Source: Candidatus Tenebribacter burtonii (GTDB lineage Bacteria > Cloacimonadota > Cloacimonadia > Cloacimonadales > TCS61). Taken from it: a DNA stretch of 63,009 nucleotides. How positions within the stretch are numbered: the first letter of the stretch is position 1; the number at the start of each line of letters is the position of its first letter. Below are positions 8,773-17,734 of the stretch, piece by piece. Position numbers and translations under genes: made by a program. The stretch covers positions 1-63,009 of the forward strand of contig JAVCCF010000089.1 in assembly GCA_030765625.1 (NCBI GenBank), read 5' to 3'. The notes under the pieces are model-generated. The model made no database searches and was not told where the DNA came from. It saw only the letters and a list, made by a program, of their open reading frames with translations.

Positions 8773-8957
8773 TGAAAATATTATTAACGGTACTTACATT
8801 CATTTTGGGTGCAGTAGCTGGTTATTTATACTATAAACTTATTGGCTGCAGAAGTGGTGGTTGACCAATGACATCTAACGTTTGGTCAAACGTTTTAATC
8901 GGTGCAATATTTGGATATTTACTGCTTTCGCCAGTCATAGATAAATTATTAAAGTAG
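8772..8957 (+). CDS. Small two-helix membrane protein with in-frame UGA (candidate selenoprotein; the Cys form resembles the DUF6132/GCxSGxC family)
   Basis: Hand translation gives MKILLTVLTFILGAVAGYLYYKLIGCRSGG[TGA]PMTSNVWSNVLIGAIFGYLLLSPVIDKLLK*. The ORF is not in the track because the TGA at 8862-8864 splits it. It is coupled to its neighbours: its ATG overlaps the upstream TAA, and the next ATG lies 2 nt after its TAG. Confidence 0.6.
8862..8894 (+). promoter_or_regulatory. SECIS-like hairpin directly downstream of the in-frame UGA
   Basis: The stem pairs AACGTTT (8877-8883) with AAACGTT (8888-8894), and the apical loop is GGTC (8884-8887). The loop sits at nt 23-26 counted from the U of UGA. 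A competing stem pairs TTGACCAA (8861-8868) with TTGGTCAA (8882-8889). Confidence 0.55.
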
Positions 8958-8958
8958 T

Positions 8959-9531
8959 ATGAAAACAGAAGTGAAACTTATCTTTCATCCTACACTTGGT
9001 AAGATTCATTTCAGGAATAGTATAAAAGCCAAATATTTAAGAATATCAATTAATAACTTGAAGATAATTAATGTTACAATTCCTAAAAAAAATACTGTTC
9101 GGAATGCAGAAAAATTTCTTAATTCTAAAATTGACTGGGTACAAAAGCAATTAACAAAAATTGATAAGAGAAATCAATTTACACTTAACAACACAGTGAA
9201 TTCTAATTTATTAAGTAAAAATGTAATTAAAGAAATTATTCGAAATAGGCTAAATGAACTATCACAAATTCATGGATTAGATTTCAATCGATCTTTTATA
9301 CGTTCTCAGAAAACGCGTTGGGGGAGTTGTTCTGTCAGGAATAATATTAACTTGAACATAAAATTGATCAACCTTCCTGCTGATTTACAGGATTATGTGA
9401 TTATGCACGAATTGGTTCATACGAGAGTAAAAAATCATAGCCAAATATTTTGGGATGAAATGACGAAATACTATCCCAATCCAAAAGCGATTGATAAAAA
9501 ACTGAAAAAATATAACCTGGAATTGTTATAA
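8959..9531 (+). CDS. YgjP-like (DUF45) metal-dependent hydrolase
   Basis: Contains an HELVHTRVKNHS zinc-binding motif and RWGSCS, which are typical of the DUF45/M48-like family. Confidence 0.8.
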   Translation: MKTEVKLIFHPTLGKIHFRNSIKAKYLRISINNLKIINVTIPKKNTVRNAEKFLNSKIDWVQKQLTKIDKRNQFTLNNTVNSNLLSKNVIKEIIRNRLNELSQIHGLDFNRSFIRSQKTRWGSCSVRNNINLNIKLINLPADLQDYVIMHELVHTRVKNHSQIFWDEMTKYYPNPKAIDKKLKKYNLELL

Positions 9532-9533
9532 TT

Positions 9534-10421
9534 ATGATAAGAAAAATCGAACTTTCCGATAAAAAAGAAGTCTTGAGAATCTCATCTCAGATTTGGGATG
9601 GTGATGATTATGTGAAATTTGTTTTTGATGAATGGGCAGCAGATACTAAAAATCTATTTGCTGGGTACTGGGAAAATGGTAAGTTAATAGGTTTCGGAAG
9701 AATGCGTTTTCTTACACTAGCTGATATTTGGCTAGAAGCTTTGCGAAAGAATACACAGACCAATATTAAGGGCGTTGGTTACAAAATCGCTAAATATTAT
9801 ATGGAACATTTAAAAGGTAAGAGAATTAGATCAATAAGATTTTCAACCTATTTTGGAAACAAAGCTTCTATAAAACTTAATGAGAAATTGGGTTTTAAGA
9901 GAATTCTGAAGTTGTCTTTAAAAGAATTATTAATTTCAAATTATCAGGTTAAGCAAATTAATAAAGCAATAACGGAAGATATCGATTTTGAAAAATTAAA
10001 TCAGTACATTTTTAATTCCTCCTATCTTAAAGGAACAAAAAATTCTATTGGCAAGGGCTGGGTTGTTCATCATTATTCTAAGAGATTATTAGAAGAATTT
10101 TACTCTGAAAAACAATATGCATTATTCATAAAGAATGGAGAGATTAAAGGTGCAATTATTTTTTCTAATGTTAACTATAATAATGTTTTCTGGATTAGTT
10201 TTATAGAAGCTGAGAATGAAAGAATATACAACGATTTATTGAATTATGTCGTACATAAAGCACTAGAAAACAACTGTAGAAAAATTCAATTATTAGTACC
10301 GAATATTGCTAAATTAATGGAATATATAGATCTAAGTGGATTTAGAAGCTGGGAACAGAATAATGATTTTCTTCTCTATGAAATGCCTGAACATTTGATC
10401 AGACAAATAACGGAAGTATAG
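9534..10421 (+). CDS. GNAT-family N-acetyltransferase (two-domain)
   Basis: A GNAT-like core is present (LIGFGRMRF ... GVGYKI ... NEKLGFK). Confidence 0.55.
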   Translation: MIRKIELSDKKEVLRISSQIWDGDDYVKFVFDEWAADTKNLFAGYWENGKLIGFGRMRFLTLADIWLEALRKNTQTNIKGVGYKIAKYYMEHLKGKRIRSIRFSTYFGNKASIKLNEKLGFKRILKLSLKELLISNYQVKQINKAITEDIDFEKLNQYIFNSSYLKGTKNSIGKGWVVHHYSKRLLEEFYSEKQYALFIKNGEIKGAIIFSNVNYNNVFWISFIEAENERIYNDLLNYVVHKALENNCRKIQLLVPNIAKLMEYIDLSGFRSWEQNNDFLLYEMPEHLIRQITEV

Positions 10422-10422
10422 A

Positions 10423-11661
10423 ATGATCCCTAAAAATTTGCAGCTTTTCAAGTTCTCAGCTTATGGGTTCTTGAAAAATCAGCGCTTCTTCGATATTTTT
10501 ATATTTCTATTCTTTTTAGAACAGGATATTTCTTTCTTGCAGATTGGAACATTAATATCTATTCGAGAAATTGCAATATTAATATTTGAAATACCTACCG
10601 GATTTGTGGCAGACAGTCTTGGTCGGAGAAAATCAATGGTTTTTGCTTTTTCATCGTACATTTTATCATTCATCATTTTCTTCTTTTTTCCCCGATTCAC
10701 GGTATATATCATTGCAATGTTATTCTATGCTTTGGGAGATGCTTTTCGCACAGGGACCCATAAAGCAATGATCCTGCACTATCTTAAGCTTAATGATCTA
10801 TTGCATTTTAAAGTAGAGTATTATGGCTACACGCGTAGCTGGTCACAGATGGGCTCTGCTCTTGCAGCTCTTGTTGCTGGGGGCATTGTTCTTTACTCAG
10901 GTGAATATAAATATGTTTTTTTAGGTTCAATAATACCATATATTCTTGCCTTAATTTTAATGTTAACTTATCCAAAAGAACTTGATGGAGAAAGAGAATA
11001 TAAAAATGGTTTGTTAAATAATATTCAGCATAATTTCAAAATGACTTATACAAGCTTAAAAATGAGTTTTAAAGAACCGTTATTGCGAAAAGTTATGATG
11101 AATTCTGCTATATTTGATGGGTTATTTAAAACGGTGAAAGATTACATACAACCCATTCTCCAGATGGTTGTTTTATCCATCCCATTTTTGCCGGGGATGG
11201 ATAAACGAGAATCGATCTTGATTGCAATTGTTTATTGCATATTATATCTTTTAACTTCATATGCCTCAAGGAATGCAGGTAAATTTAAAAACAAATTTAA
11301 AACGCTATCGATTGCAATGAATAGCTCTTATCTTGGTGGAGTTTCATTAGTATTACTTTCGGGTTTGTTTTTTTTATTAGAATTAAAAACAATTATAATA
11401 ATTTTGTTTATACTGTTATTCGTTTTACAAAATTTGCGTAGACCTATTAATATTGGTTTTATCAGCGAAAATATTTTGCATGATGTAATGGCATCAGGAT
11501 TATCGGTTGAATCACAATTAAAAACTATATTTGTAGCTGTTATGTCACCGCTGATGGGTTTCATTGCAGATTCTATAAATATTGGAACAGCATTTATTAT
11601 TTTAAGTTCCTTGACACTATTAATTTTTCCAATGATTAAGGTCAGCAATAAAGAAGATTAA
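10423..11661 (+). CDS. MFS transporter
   Basis: About 12 hydrophobic segments and a D-x-x-G-R-R-K loop (ADSLGRRKS). Confidence 0.75.
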   Translation: MIPKNLQLFKFSAYGFLKNQRFFDIFIFLFFLEQDISFLQIGTLISIREIAILIFEIPTGFVADSLGRRKSMVFAFSSYILSFIIFFFFPRFTVYIIAMLFYALGDAFRTGTHKAMILHYLKLNDLLHFKVEYYGYTRSWSQMGSALAALVAGGIVLYSGEYKYVFLGSIIPYILALILMLTYPKELDGEREYKNGLLNNIQHNFKMTYTSLKMSFKEPLLRKVMMNSAIFDGLFKTVKDYIQPILQMVVLSIPFLPGMDKRESILIAIVYCILYLLTSYASRNAGKFKNKFKTLSIAMNSSYLGGVSLVLLSGLFFLLELKTIIIILFILLFVLQNLRRPINIGFISENILHDVMASGLSVESQLKTIFVAVMSPLMGFIADSINIGTAFIILSSLTLLIFPMIKVSNKED

Positions 11662-11683
11662 TGTAAAAAGAGTTGGAGATAGT

Positions 11684-12247
11684 ATGATCAGAGAGATGAT
11701 TGTGAAAAATAGAAGTTATCGTAGATTTCATCAGAATTACAAAGTTGATACTTCATTATTAGAAGATCTAATTGACCTCGCTAGATTATCTCCCTCAGCA
11801 GCGAATTTACAGCGACTACGTTTTAAAATATGTAATATTGAAGAAGAAAACAATAAGATTTTTTCATGTTTGGATTGGGCAGGATATTTAAAGAACTGGA
11901 ATGGTCCAGAAATTGGAGAACGTCCTTCAGCATATATAATTATTTTATCAACAGAAAAGGATACTGAAAAAGTGGCTTGTGACGCAGGGATTGCGTGTCA
12001 GTCCATTTTACTAGGTGCAGTTGAAGAAGAACTGAGAGGTTGTATCTTTGCTAGTATAAAAAAGGATGTACTCCAAAAACAACTGATAATTCCAAAAAAA
12101 TATACAATTTTATATGTAATTGCTCTTGGTAAACCAGAAGAGAATATAAAAATTGAAAATGTTGAAAACAATAATATTAAATACTGGCGAGATGAAAATG
12201 GAACGCATCATGTTCCAAAAAGAAAGCTAAAAGATATTATAATTTAG
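11684..12247 (+). CDS. Nitroreductase family protein
   Basis: The N-terminal R-S-Y-R-R-F and SPSAANLQ motifs are typical of the family, and the size fits. Confidence 0.75.
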   Translation: MIREMIVKNRSYRRFHQNYKVDTSLLEDLIDLARLSPSAANLQRLRFKICNIEEENNKIFSCLDWAGYLKNWNGPEIGERPSAYIIILSTEKDTEKVACDAGIACQSILLGAVEEELRGCIFASIKKDVLQKQLIIPKKYTILYVIALGKPEENIKIENVENNNIKYWRDENGTHHVPKRKLKDIII

Positions 12248-12256
12248 GCAGATCTA

Positions 12257-13774
12257 ATGAAGAAAATTATATTATTCTTATTCTTGTTTTCAAACACAAT
12301 TATTTACGCTCAAAATGTTAATGGTGACACTCTAAGCGTAGAGGGTAAGAAGATCCTCAAAGTTTGGGGTACACATTATGAGAGAGGTTATGCAGCCGGT
12401 TACTTATTTGGAGATAAGATCAAAGAGATTTCAGAAAATTATTTTATTGGTATTTTTTTTGGAGGGAATGCATATATCTACGAAAATACCAGAATATACT
12501 TTCTGGACAATTTCCAAATAGAAGAGAAGTATATTTCCGAAACTGAAGGAATGATAGATGGAATGATTGAAGCAAATGTTGTTCTTTTTAGTGATATTTT
12601 AGGAAGAGATATTGATGCACATGATATATTGCTTTCAAATGCTATCGTTGATCTATCTGCACTGGGAGAATTAAATACGGATTTCGAATTTGGTTGTTCA
12701 AGTTTATCCAGCTGGGGCGGGAATACAATTTCAGATCCTGAATTATTGGGTGAACTGGTAATTACTAGAAATATGGACTGGACGCCACATCCTGCTTTAT
12801 TGGACAACCACTTGATGGTTGTTCATTTTCCATCGGAAACTAATGAAATTAACTGGTTGTCATTTACTTTCCCGGGTTTTATAGGAGGTCTCTCTAGCAT
12901 AAACGAAAATGGACTATGTGCATTTATGAATATGGGAAATCATAATGAACATCCCAATGCTTTTACTTATCATCCAATTCTATTATCGATTAGAAATGGA
13001 ATTGAGATTTATGATTATGACGGAAATTATGAGATAAATCCTGAAGATGTACAAGCTGCGATTGAAGGGAATTTTCAATTAAGTGGTTCTATTATTCATA
13101 CAGCAAATCATGAGAGTGGATTGGTGATTGAATGTAATAACCAAAACGGTATTGTTGCACGGGATGATGAAGATAACACAATTATCCCAAATGAACATCT
13201 GGCAACTACAAACCATTTTAGAAAGTTATATTCACCTGCCGGTTGTTCTCGTTATAATAATATTGCAGATTCACTTTCTGCTAATTCAGATATTGATATA
13301 ACGCGAAGCTGGGAATTATTAGCAGGGGCAGCAGGAGTTTCTAGTAACATTCATACAATACAATATGTTCCCTCGCTAAACTTGATAAAATGGTCAACTG
13401 CTGAAGCGGGAATCCCAGCTTATCAAATAGAACCAACGATATTCAATACTGTAGAGTTATTTACATATAACACGAGTGCAAACCCACACTATTTTCATGA
13501 CCATTCCTTTTTAATTGTATCTCCTAACCCTTTTAATAATTCTACAAATATATCTTTTTCGCTTCTTAAAACAACAGAAGTAAAACTATGTATCTATAAT
13601 ATTAAAGGGCATAAAATTAGAACACTTCTTAATGAGGTTTTGATTCAGGGAAATCATAGTATTAGTTGGGATGGAACTGATGAAAATGGAAAGAAAATTT
13701 CTAGTGGTATCTATTTTTACACACTTAAAACAATCCATAATGTTTATACAAAAAAAGTTATACTGTTAAAATAA
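12257..13774 (+). CDS. Secreted C45/Ntn-hydrolase-like protein with a T9SS C-terminal sorting domain
   Basis: It has a signal peptide, a GCSSLS nucleophile-like motif and an ITRNMDW motif. The C-terminus is NPFNNSTNISFSL...IYNIKGHKIRTL...GNHSISWDGTDENGKKISSGIYFY, a FlgD-Ig/T9SS CTD signature. Confidence 0.65.
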   Translation: MKKIILFLFLFSNTIIYAQNVNGDTLSVEGKKILKVWGTHYERGYAAGYLFGDKIKEISENYFIGIFFGGNAYIYENTRIYFLDNFQIEEKYISETEGMIDGMIEANVVLFSDILGRDIDAHDILLSNAIVDLSALGELNTDFEFGCSSLSSWGGNTISDPELLGELVITRNMDWTPHPALLDNHLMVVHFPSETNEINWLSFTFPGFIGGLSSINENGLCAFMNMGNHNEHPNAFTYHPILLSIRNGIEIYDYDGNYEINPEDVQAAIEGNFQLSGSIIHTANHESGLVIECNNQNGIVARDDEDNTIIPNEHLATTNHFRKLYSPAGCSRYNNIADSLSANSDIDITRSWELLAGAAGVSSNIHTIQYVPSLNLIKWSTAEAGIPAYQIEPTIFNTVELFTYNTSANPHYFHDHSFLIVSPNPFNNSTNISFSLLKTTEVKLCIYNIKGHKIRTLLNEVLIQGNHSISWDGTDENGKKISSGIYFYTLKTIHNVYTKKVILLK

Positions 13775-13832
13775 AAAAAAATAAGATCGTTTTTAGATAA
13801 TAACCGAGAACCAACTCTTATCAGGAGGACAA

Positions 13833-15077
13833 ATGTATTTTGAATTTTTATCAAAGGATGACAAATTGGCGATTGATACTTTAAAAAAACATCATGGTGG
13901 AGCACAGAAAATTAGTGAAACTATCACAGAAATGAGGAAATATGAAACCAGAAAGAGAATTTTAGATGAAAAAGGTTTTGGTGATATGATTGCTGATGCT
14001 GAAGAACTGGTAAAAAAATTCCCTAAAGTTCCAGATTTTGAAAAGAAACATAATATCAAATATAACAATTCTTATGGCATTGCCACCGCTCAGGTTTCGG
14101 GATGGCAAGGTGCAAAGGTAACGCATCACGGTATGGAAAGAATTGCAGCAAGTGCAGAAAATGGAGAGAATTGTTTTGTTGCATCCGAATTTATTTCTGT
14201 GGTTGCTCTTACGGATAATTATATTTACAATGGTGATCTGATGGCAACGTTGATGATGAGCGAAAATATAATGAAATGTTCAAAATTTTGCAGCACAAAT
14301 CTGATCGGAATTCCACAACCAAAAGCTAGATTCAAAGAATTGGAAAAAGTGACTGGCAAAAAATTTGAAGTTGCTGAAGTTGATGATGAAAATGCAGCTA
14401 TAGTTTTAAAAAATCAGGGAACTTTCTTTGGGAATTTTGGTGGTATTGAATGTGCTAATGATAATCATCTTGTATATCTGGATGGTGTTATCAGGACTGC
14501 AATGGCAACTGGAGCAGATTTCTTTCTCAATCCTAGTTGGAATACAATAATTGCTGCTTGTTATTTTGGAAGAGATATCCCCAATCTCCATTTCAAAATC
14601 TCAATGTTGCTTTCCGCTCAAACTACAATGCATTTCCGTATGCTTCTTAATATTATGAAATCTTATCTGCGTTATGATAACACTTCTCCTCTTTATGAGA
14701 TAAATATTGGAAATGGTGCTACTGCAGAGACATTTATTCAATGTGCTAAAGAACTAGATGAAAGTGGAATTAAAGGCATAAGCCTTGCAGCACATATCTA
14801 TATAAATCCCGATCTTGGTATAGAAGGATTTAATTGGACAGATAATGCATATAAAGTTCTGGAAAACGGAACCAATATGACATTCAAATATGAAAGTGAT
14901 GGAACAGCTCGTGAACTGGATACAATGATGGCTTATTTTCTTCCTGAAGATGAACGAGAAGCAAATGCAGAAAAAATTGGTGATGTGATTTATTATAAAT
15001 CTCTGCGTGCTACAAAAGATGGAAAGAATTTTATGAAAAAAGGTATAAAATCAATTTTCGGTGGTAGCTCGTATTAG
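13833..15077 (+). CDS. Hypothetical cytoplasmic protein, 414 aa, no recognised family
   Basis: A long clean ORF preceded by AGGAGG. It has no signal peptide and no motif I can place. Confidence 0.6.
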   Translation: MYFEFLSKDDKLAIDTLKKHHGGAQKISETITEMRKYETRKRILDEKGFGDMIADAEELVKKFPKVPDFEKKHNIKYNNSYGIATAQVSGWQGAKVTHHGMERIAASAENGENCFVASEFISVVALTDNYIYNGDLMATLMMSENIMKCSKFCSTNLIGIPQPKARFKELEKVTGKKFEVAEVDDENAAIVLKNQGTFFGNFGGIECANDNHLVYLDGVIRTAMATGADFFLNPSWNTIIAACYFGRDIPNLHFKISMLLSAQTTMHFRMLLNIMKSYLRYDNTSPLYEINIGNGATAETFIQCAKELDESGIKGISLAAHIYINPDLGIEGFNWTDNAYKVLENGTNMTFKYESDGTARELDTMMAYFLPEDEREANAEKIGDVIYYKSLRATKDGKNFMKKGIKSIFGGSSY

Positions 15078-15084
15078 AGAGTAA

Positions 15085-15214
15085 AACCTTGCGAATGGTG
15101 CATCGGCTTGAGGAACAAACGATGCTGAAATTCTCTTACCCGTCTAATGATCTTGATCTTCGCAATGGTTATTTATATATATCACCATCGTGGAGGTTTT
15201 CAACCATTCGCAAG
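15085..15214 (+). promoter_or_regulatory. Structured leader or MITE-like element bounded by a 12-bp inverted repeat
   Basis: CTTGCGAATGGT (15086-15097) is perfectly complementary to ACCATTCGCAAG (15203-15214). Inside lie the hairpin GCATCG...CGATGC and a variant copy, CTTCGCAATGGTT (15158-15170). Confidence 0.5.
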
Positions 15215-15226
15215 ATAATACATTTC

Positions 15227-15245
15227 AACCCGACTCGGGTTTATT
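15227..15245 (+). terminator. Terminator/attenuator-like hairpin upstream of the second aminotransferase
   Basis: AACCCG-ACT-CGGGTT is followed by TATT. A competing pairing exists between CGACTCG (15231-15237) and CGAGTCG (15249-15255). Confidence 0.4.
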
Positions 15246-15279
15246 GCTCGAGTCGAGTTGATATAAATAAGGAGCATAG

Positions 15280-16491
15280 ATGATAACAGATTGGAAAGAA
15301 AAATATTCTAAAATAATGAAAGATTTTGAAGGATATTCAATTGGTAAGATTTTTAAATATCTAAATGATCCTGAAATAATCTCTCTTGCTGGTGGTCTTC
15401 CTTCACCTGATATGTTTCAAAAAACTCAAATGAGAGAAGTATCAAAGAAATTATTAGAAAATAATTTAGAAAATATTTTCCAATATACTGCAGTACCCGG
15501 TGAAGAGAGCTTGAAGAGTGCTATTATTGAATTCCTGAAAAGGGATAACATTAATATTACAAAAGAACAGGTAGTAGTAACTTCTTCGGGACAGCATGGT
15601 CTGGATCTTACAGGTAGATTATTTCTGAATTCCGGTGATGTAATTATGATTGATCGTCCAACTTTTGCAGGAGCTATCGTTGCCTTCCAGATGCAGAATC
15701 CGCAAATTATTGGAATCGACATGGAAAATGATGGACCAAATGTAGATGAGTACCGAAAAATACTGGAAGAAATAGATGAGAAACCAAAATTCATTTATGT
15801 AGTTCCAGATTTTCAAAATCCAACCGGAATTACCACCAGTCTTGCAAAACGAGAAGCACTTCTCGATCTCAGCAATGAGTTTGGAATTCCCATTATAGAA
15901 GATAGTCCCTATCGTGATTTACGTTATCGTGGTGAATCAATTCCTTCTTTATTCTCTTTGGATCAAAAAAGAAATGGAACTAATGTGATCGGACTTTATA
16001 CATTCTCAAAGATTTTTTGTCCTGGTATCAGAGTTGGATTTAATATTGGACCTAAAGATGTTATTGAAAAAATGGGTAATATCAAAGGTGGCAATATTTT
16101 AAATACGCCAAAATATAATCAGGATCTTTGCACAGCATTTCTAACGGAGATGGATTACGATGCCCACATGGAAAAATGCAAGACATATTACAGCGAGAAA
16201 CTAAATGTATTTTTACAGTCTATGCAAAAGTACTTTCCAAACAAATGGGGAGTAAAATGGACAAAACCGGAAGGTGGATTATTCCTCTGGGTTTCGCTTC
16301 CTAAGAAGATAGATACAATGAAGCTGTTCTATGAAGCCATAAAGTATAAAGTTGCTTTCGTACCTGGAGAGGTTTTCTTTGGTGAAAATCCCAGTAAAAA
16401 TGAAATGCGAATAAACTTCTCATTTGCATCTAAAGAGCAAATTGTTGAAGCAGTTAGGAGATTGGCAGAGTGTGTGAAAGCACAATTGTAG
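15280..16491 (+). CDS. PLP-dependent aminotransferase, class I/II (paralogue of 4641-5849)
   Basis: Motifs present are SLAGGLPSPDMF, YTFSKIFCPGIRVGF, WTKPEGGLFLW and MRINFSFAS. Confidence 0.85.
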   Translation: MITDWKEKYSKIMKDFEGYSIGKIFKYLNDPEIISLAGGLPSPDMFQKTQMREVSKKLLENNLENIFQYTAVPGEESLKSAIIEFLKRDNINITKEQVVVTSSGQHGLDLTGRLFLNSGDVIMIDRPTFAGAIVAFQMQNPQIIGIDMENDGPNVDEYRKILEEIDEKPKFIYVVPDFQNPTGITTSLAKREALLDLSNEFGIPIIEDSPYRDLRYRGESIPSLFSLDQKRNGTNVIGLYTFSKIFCPGIRVGFNIGPKDVIEKMGNIKGGNILNTPKYNQDLCTAFLTEMDYDAHMEKCKTYYSEKLNVFLQSMQKYFPNKWGVKWTKPEGGLFLWVSLPKKIDTMKLFYEAIKYKVAFVPGEVFFGENPSKNEMRINFSFASKEQIVEAVRRLAECVKAQL

Positions 16492-16501
16492 GAGAGACTT
16501 T

Positions 16502-17293
16502 ATGGATCTTGGGATAAAAGGAAAAATTGCTCTTGTAACTGCTGCCAGCAAAGGTTTAGGAAAAGCTGTGGCAATTCAGTTAGCTTTGGAAGGTGCTACA
16601 GTTGTCATTTGTTCTCGAAGTATGGAGTCTTTGCAAAAAGCAAAATCTGATATTGCAGAAAAAACAAATATGAATGTCTCGATCATTGCCTGCGATGTCA
16701 CTAATGAGATGCAAGTGAAACAAATGATCAATTCCATATTAGAGAAATTTAAAACTATTGATATTCTTGTAACAAATGCTGGGGGTCCACCTGCCGGCAA
16801 TTTCAGTGATTTTGATATTGAGGATTACCGCAGGGCAGTTGAATTAAATCTTTTAAGTACAATCTCACTTTGTAAAAAAGTGGTTCCCCAAATGCAAAAG
16901 CAAAAATGGGGTAGAATAGTAATGATGACATCGGTTTCAGTGAAACAACCTATTGATAATCTGATCTTATCAAACACTGCACGAATTGCTGTTGTTGGTT
17001 TCATGAAGAGTCTTTCTAATGAAGTTGCAAAAGACGGTATCACTGTAAATTCCGTTTGTCCCGGTTACACTAAAACACAACGAGTGGAAAATCTGGCACA
17101 AGCATTTGCTAAAATAAATAATTCAACACAAGAAGAATTCTATCTGAAATTGGAATCTACAATTCCAATGCGGAGAATTGGCACTCCAGAAGAATTTGCT
17201 CAAGCTGTTGCTTTTCTGATTTCTCAAGGAGCAGGCTATATAACTGGAGTTTCTTTGAAAGTAGATGGTGGGTTTGCCAAAGGTTTATTTTGA
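16502..17293 (+). CDS. SDR-family oxidoreductase
   Basis: Contains a TAASKGLGKA Rossmann motif and an NAGG motif, at the typical length of about 260 aa. Confidence 0.8.
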   Translation: MDLGIKGKIALVTAASKGLGKAVAIQLALEGATVVICSRSMESLQKAKSDIAEKTNMNVSIIACDVTNEMQVKQMINSILEKFKTIDILVTNAGGPPAGNFSDFDIEDYRRAVELNLLSTISLCKKVVPQMQKQKWGRIVMMTSVSVKQPIDNLILSNTARIAVVGFMKSLSNEVAKDGITVNSVCPGYTKTQRVENLAQAFAKINNSTQEEFYLKLESTIPMRRIGTPEEFAQAVAFLISQGAGYITGVSLKVDGGFAKGLF

Positions 17294-17317
17294 TTATAAA
17301 AAATCCCAAAGGAAAGG

Positions 17318-17704
17318 ATGATGAATAAAGATATTTATCCTGAGATGATAAAAAATTTACCGGAAATTGAAATTGCATTGGATGGTGTTCGAGGTTGGCT
17401 GATGCAGGATGACACGATCTCCGCTGTTTTTTTTGAATTGGAACCAATCGGTAAGATTCCTGATCACTCACATTGTACGCAGTGGGGAATGGTTCTGGAA
17501 GGAAAGATGAAGCTGACAATTGATGGTAATACCAAAACCTATACTAATGGAGATCGTTATCTTATCCCAGAAGGAATAATTCATTCAGCTGAATTTCTAA
17601 CCAAATGTTATGTGATCGACTTTTTTGCAGATTCCAATAGATATAAAAAGAAAATAATTAGTCACAAAGATGAAAAACATCTTAAAAAGAGTCTTTTTTG
17701 TTAG
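17318..17704 (+). CDS. Cupin-domain protein
   Basis: The segment H.H...WGMVLEGKMKL...G...IPEGIIHSAEF follows the cupin motif pattern. Confidence 0.65.
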   Translation: MMNKDIYPEMIKNLPEIEIALDGVRGWLMQDDTISAVFFELEPIGKIPDHSHCTQWGMVLEGKMKLTIDGNTKTYTNGDRYLIPEGIIHSAEFLTKCYVIDFFADSNRYKKKIISHKDEKHLKKSLFC

Positions 17705-17734
17705 TGAAAGTCAGTGGCGAGAGGGTAAATTATA

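Noticed and set aside
8862-8864. I considered whether TGA is read genome-wide as a sense codon (alternative genetic code).
   Set aside because: Several well-supported genes in the window terminate at TGA with proper downstream gene starts, at 17291-17293, 30936-30938 and 31349-31351. Any readthrough at 8862 would therefore have to be local.
15089-15283. A 64-aa ORF lies in the aminotransferase leader.
   Set aside because: It starts at TTG, has no RBS and spans the inverted repeats and the terminator-like hairpin. The region is better explained as structured non-coding sequence.
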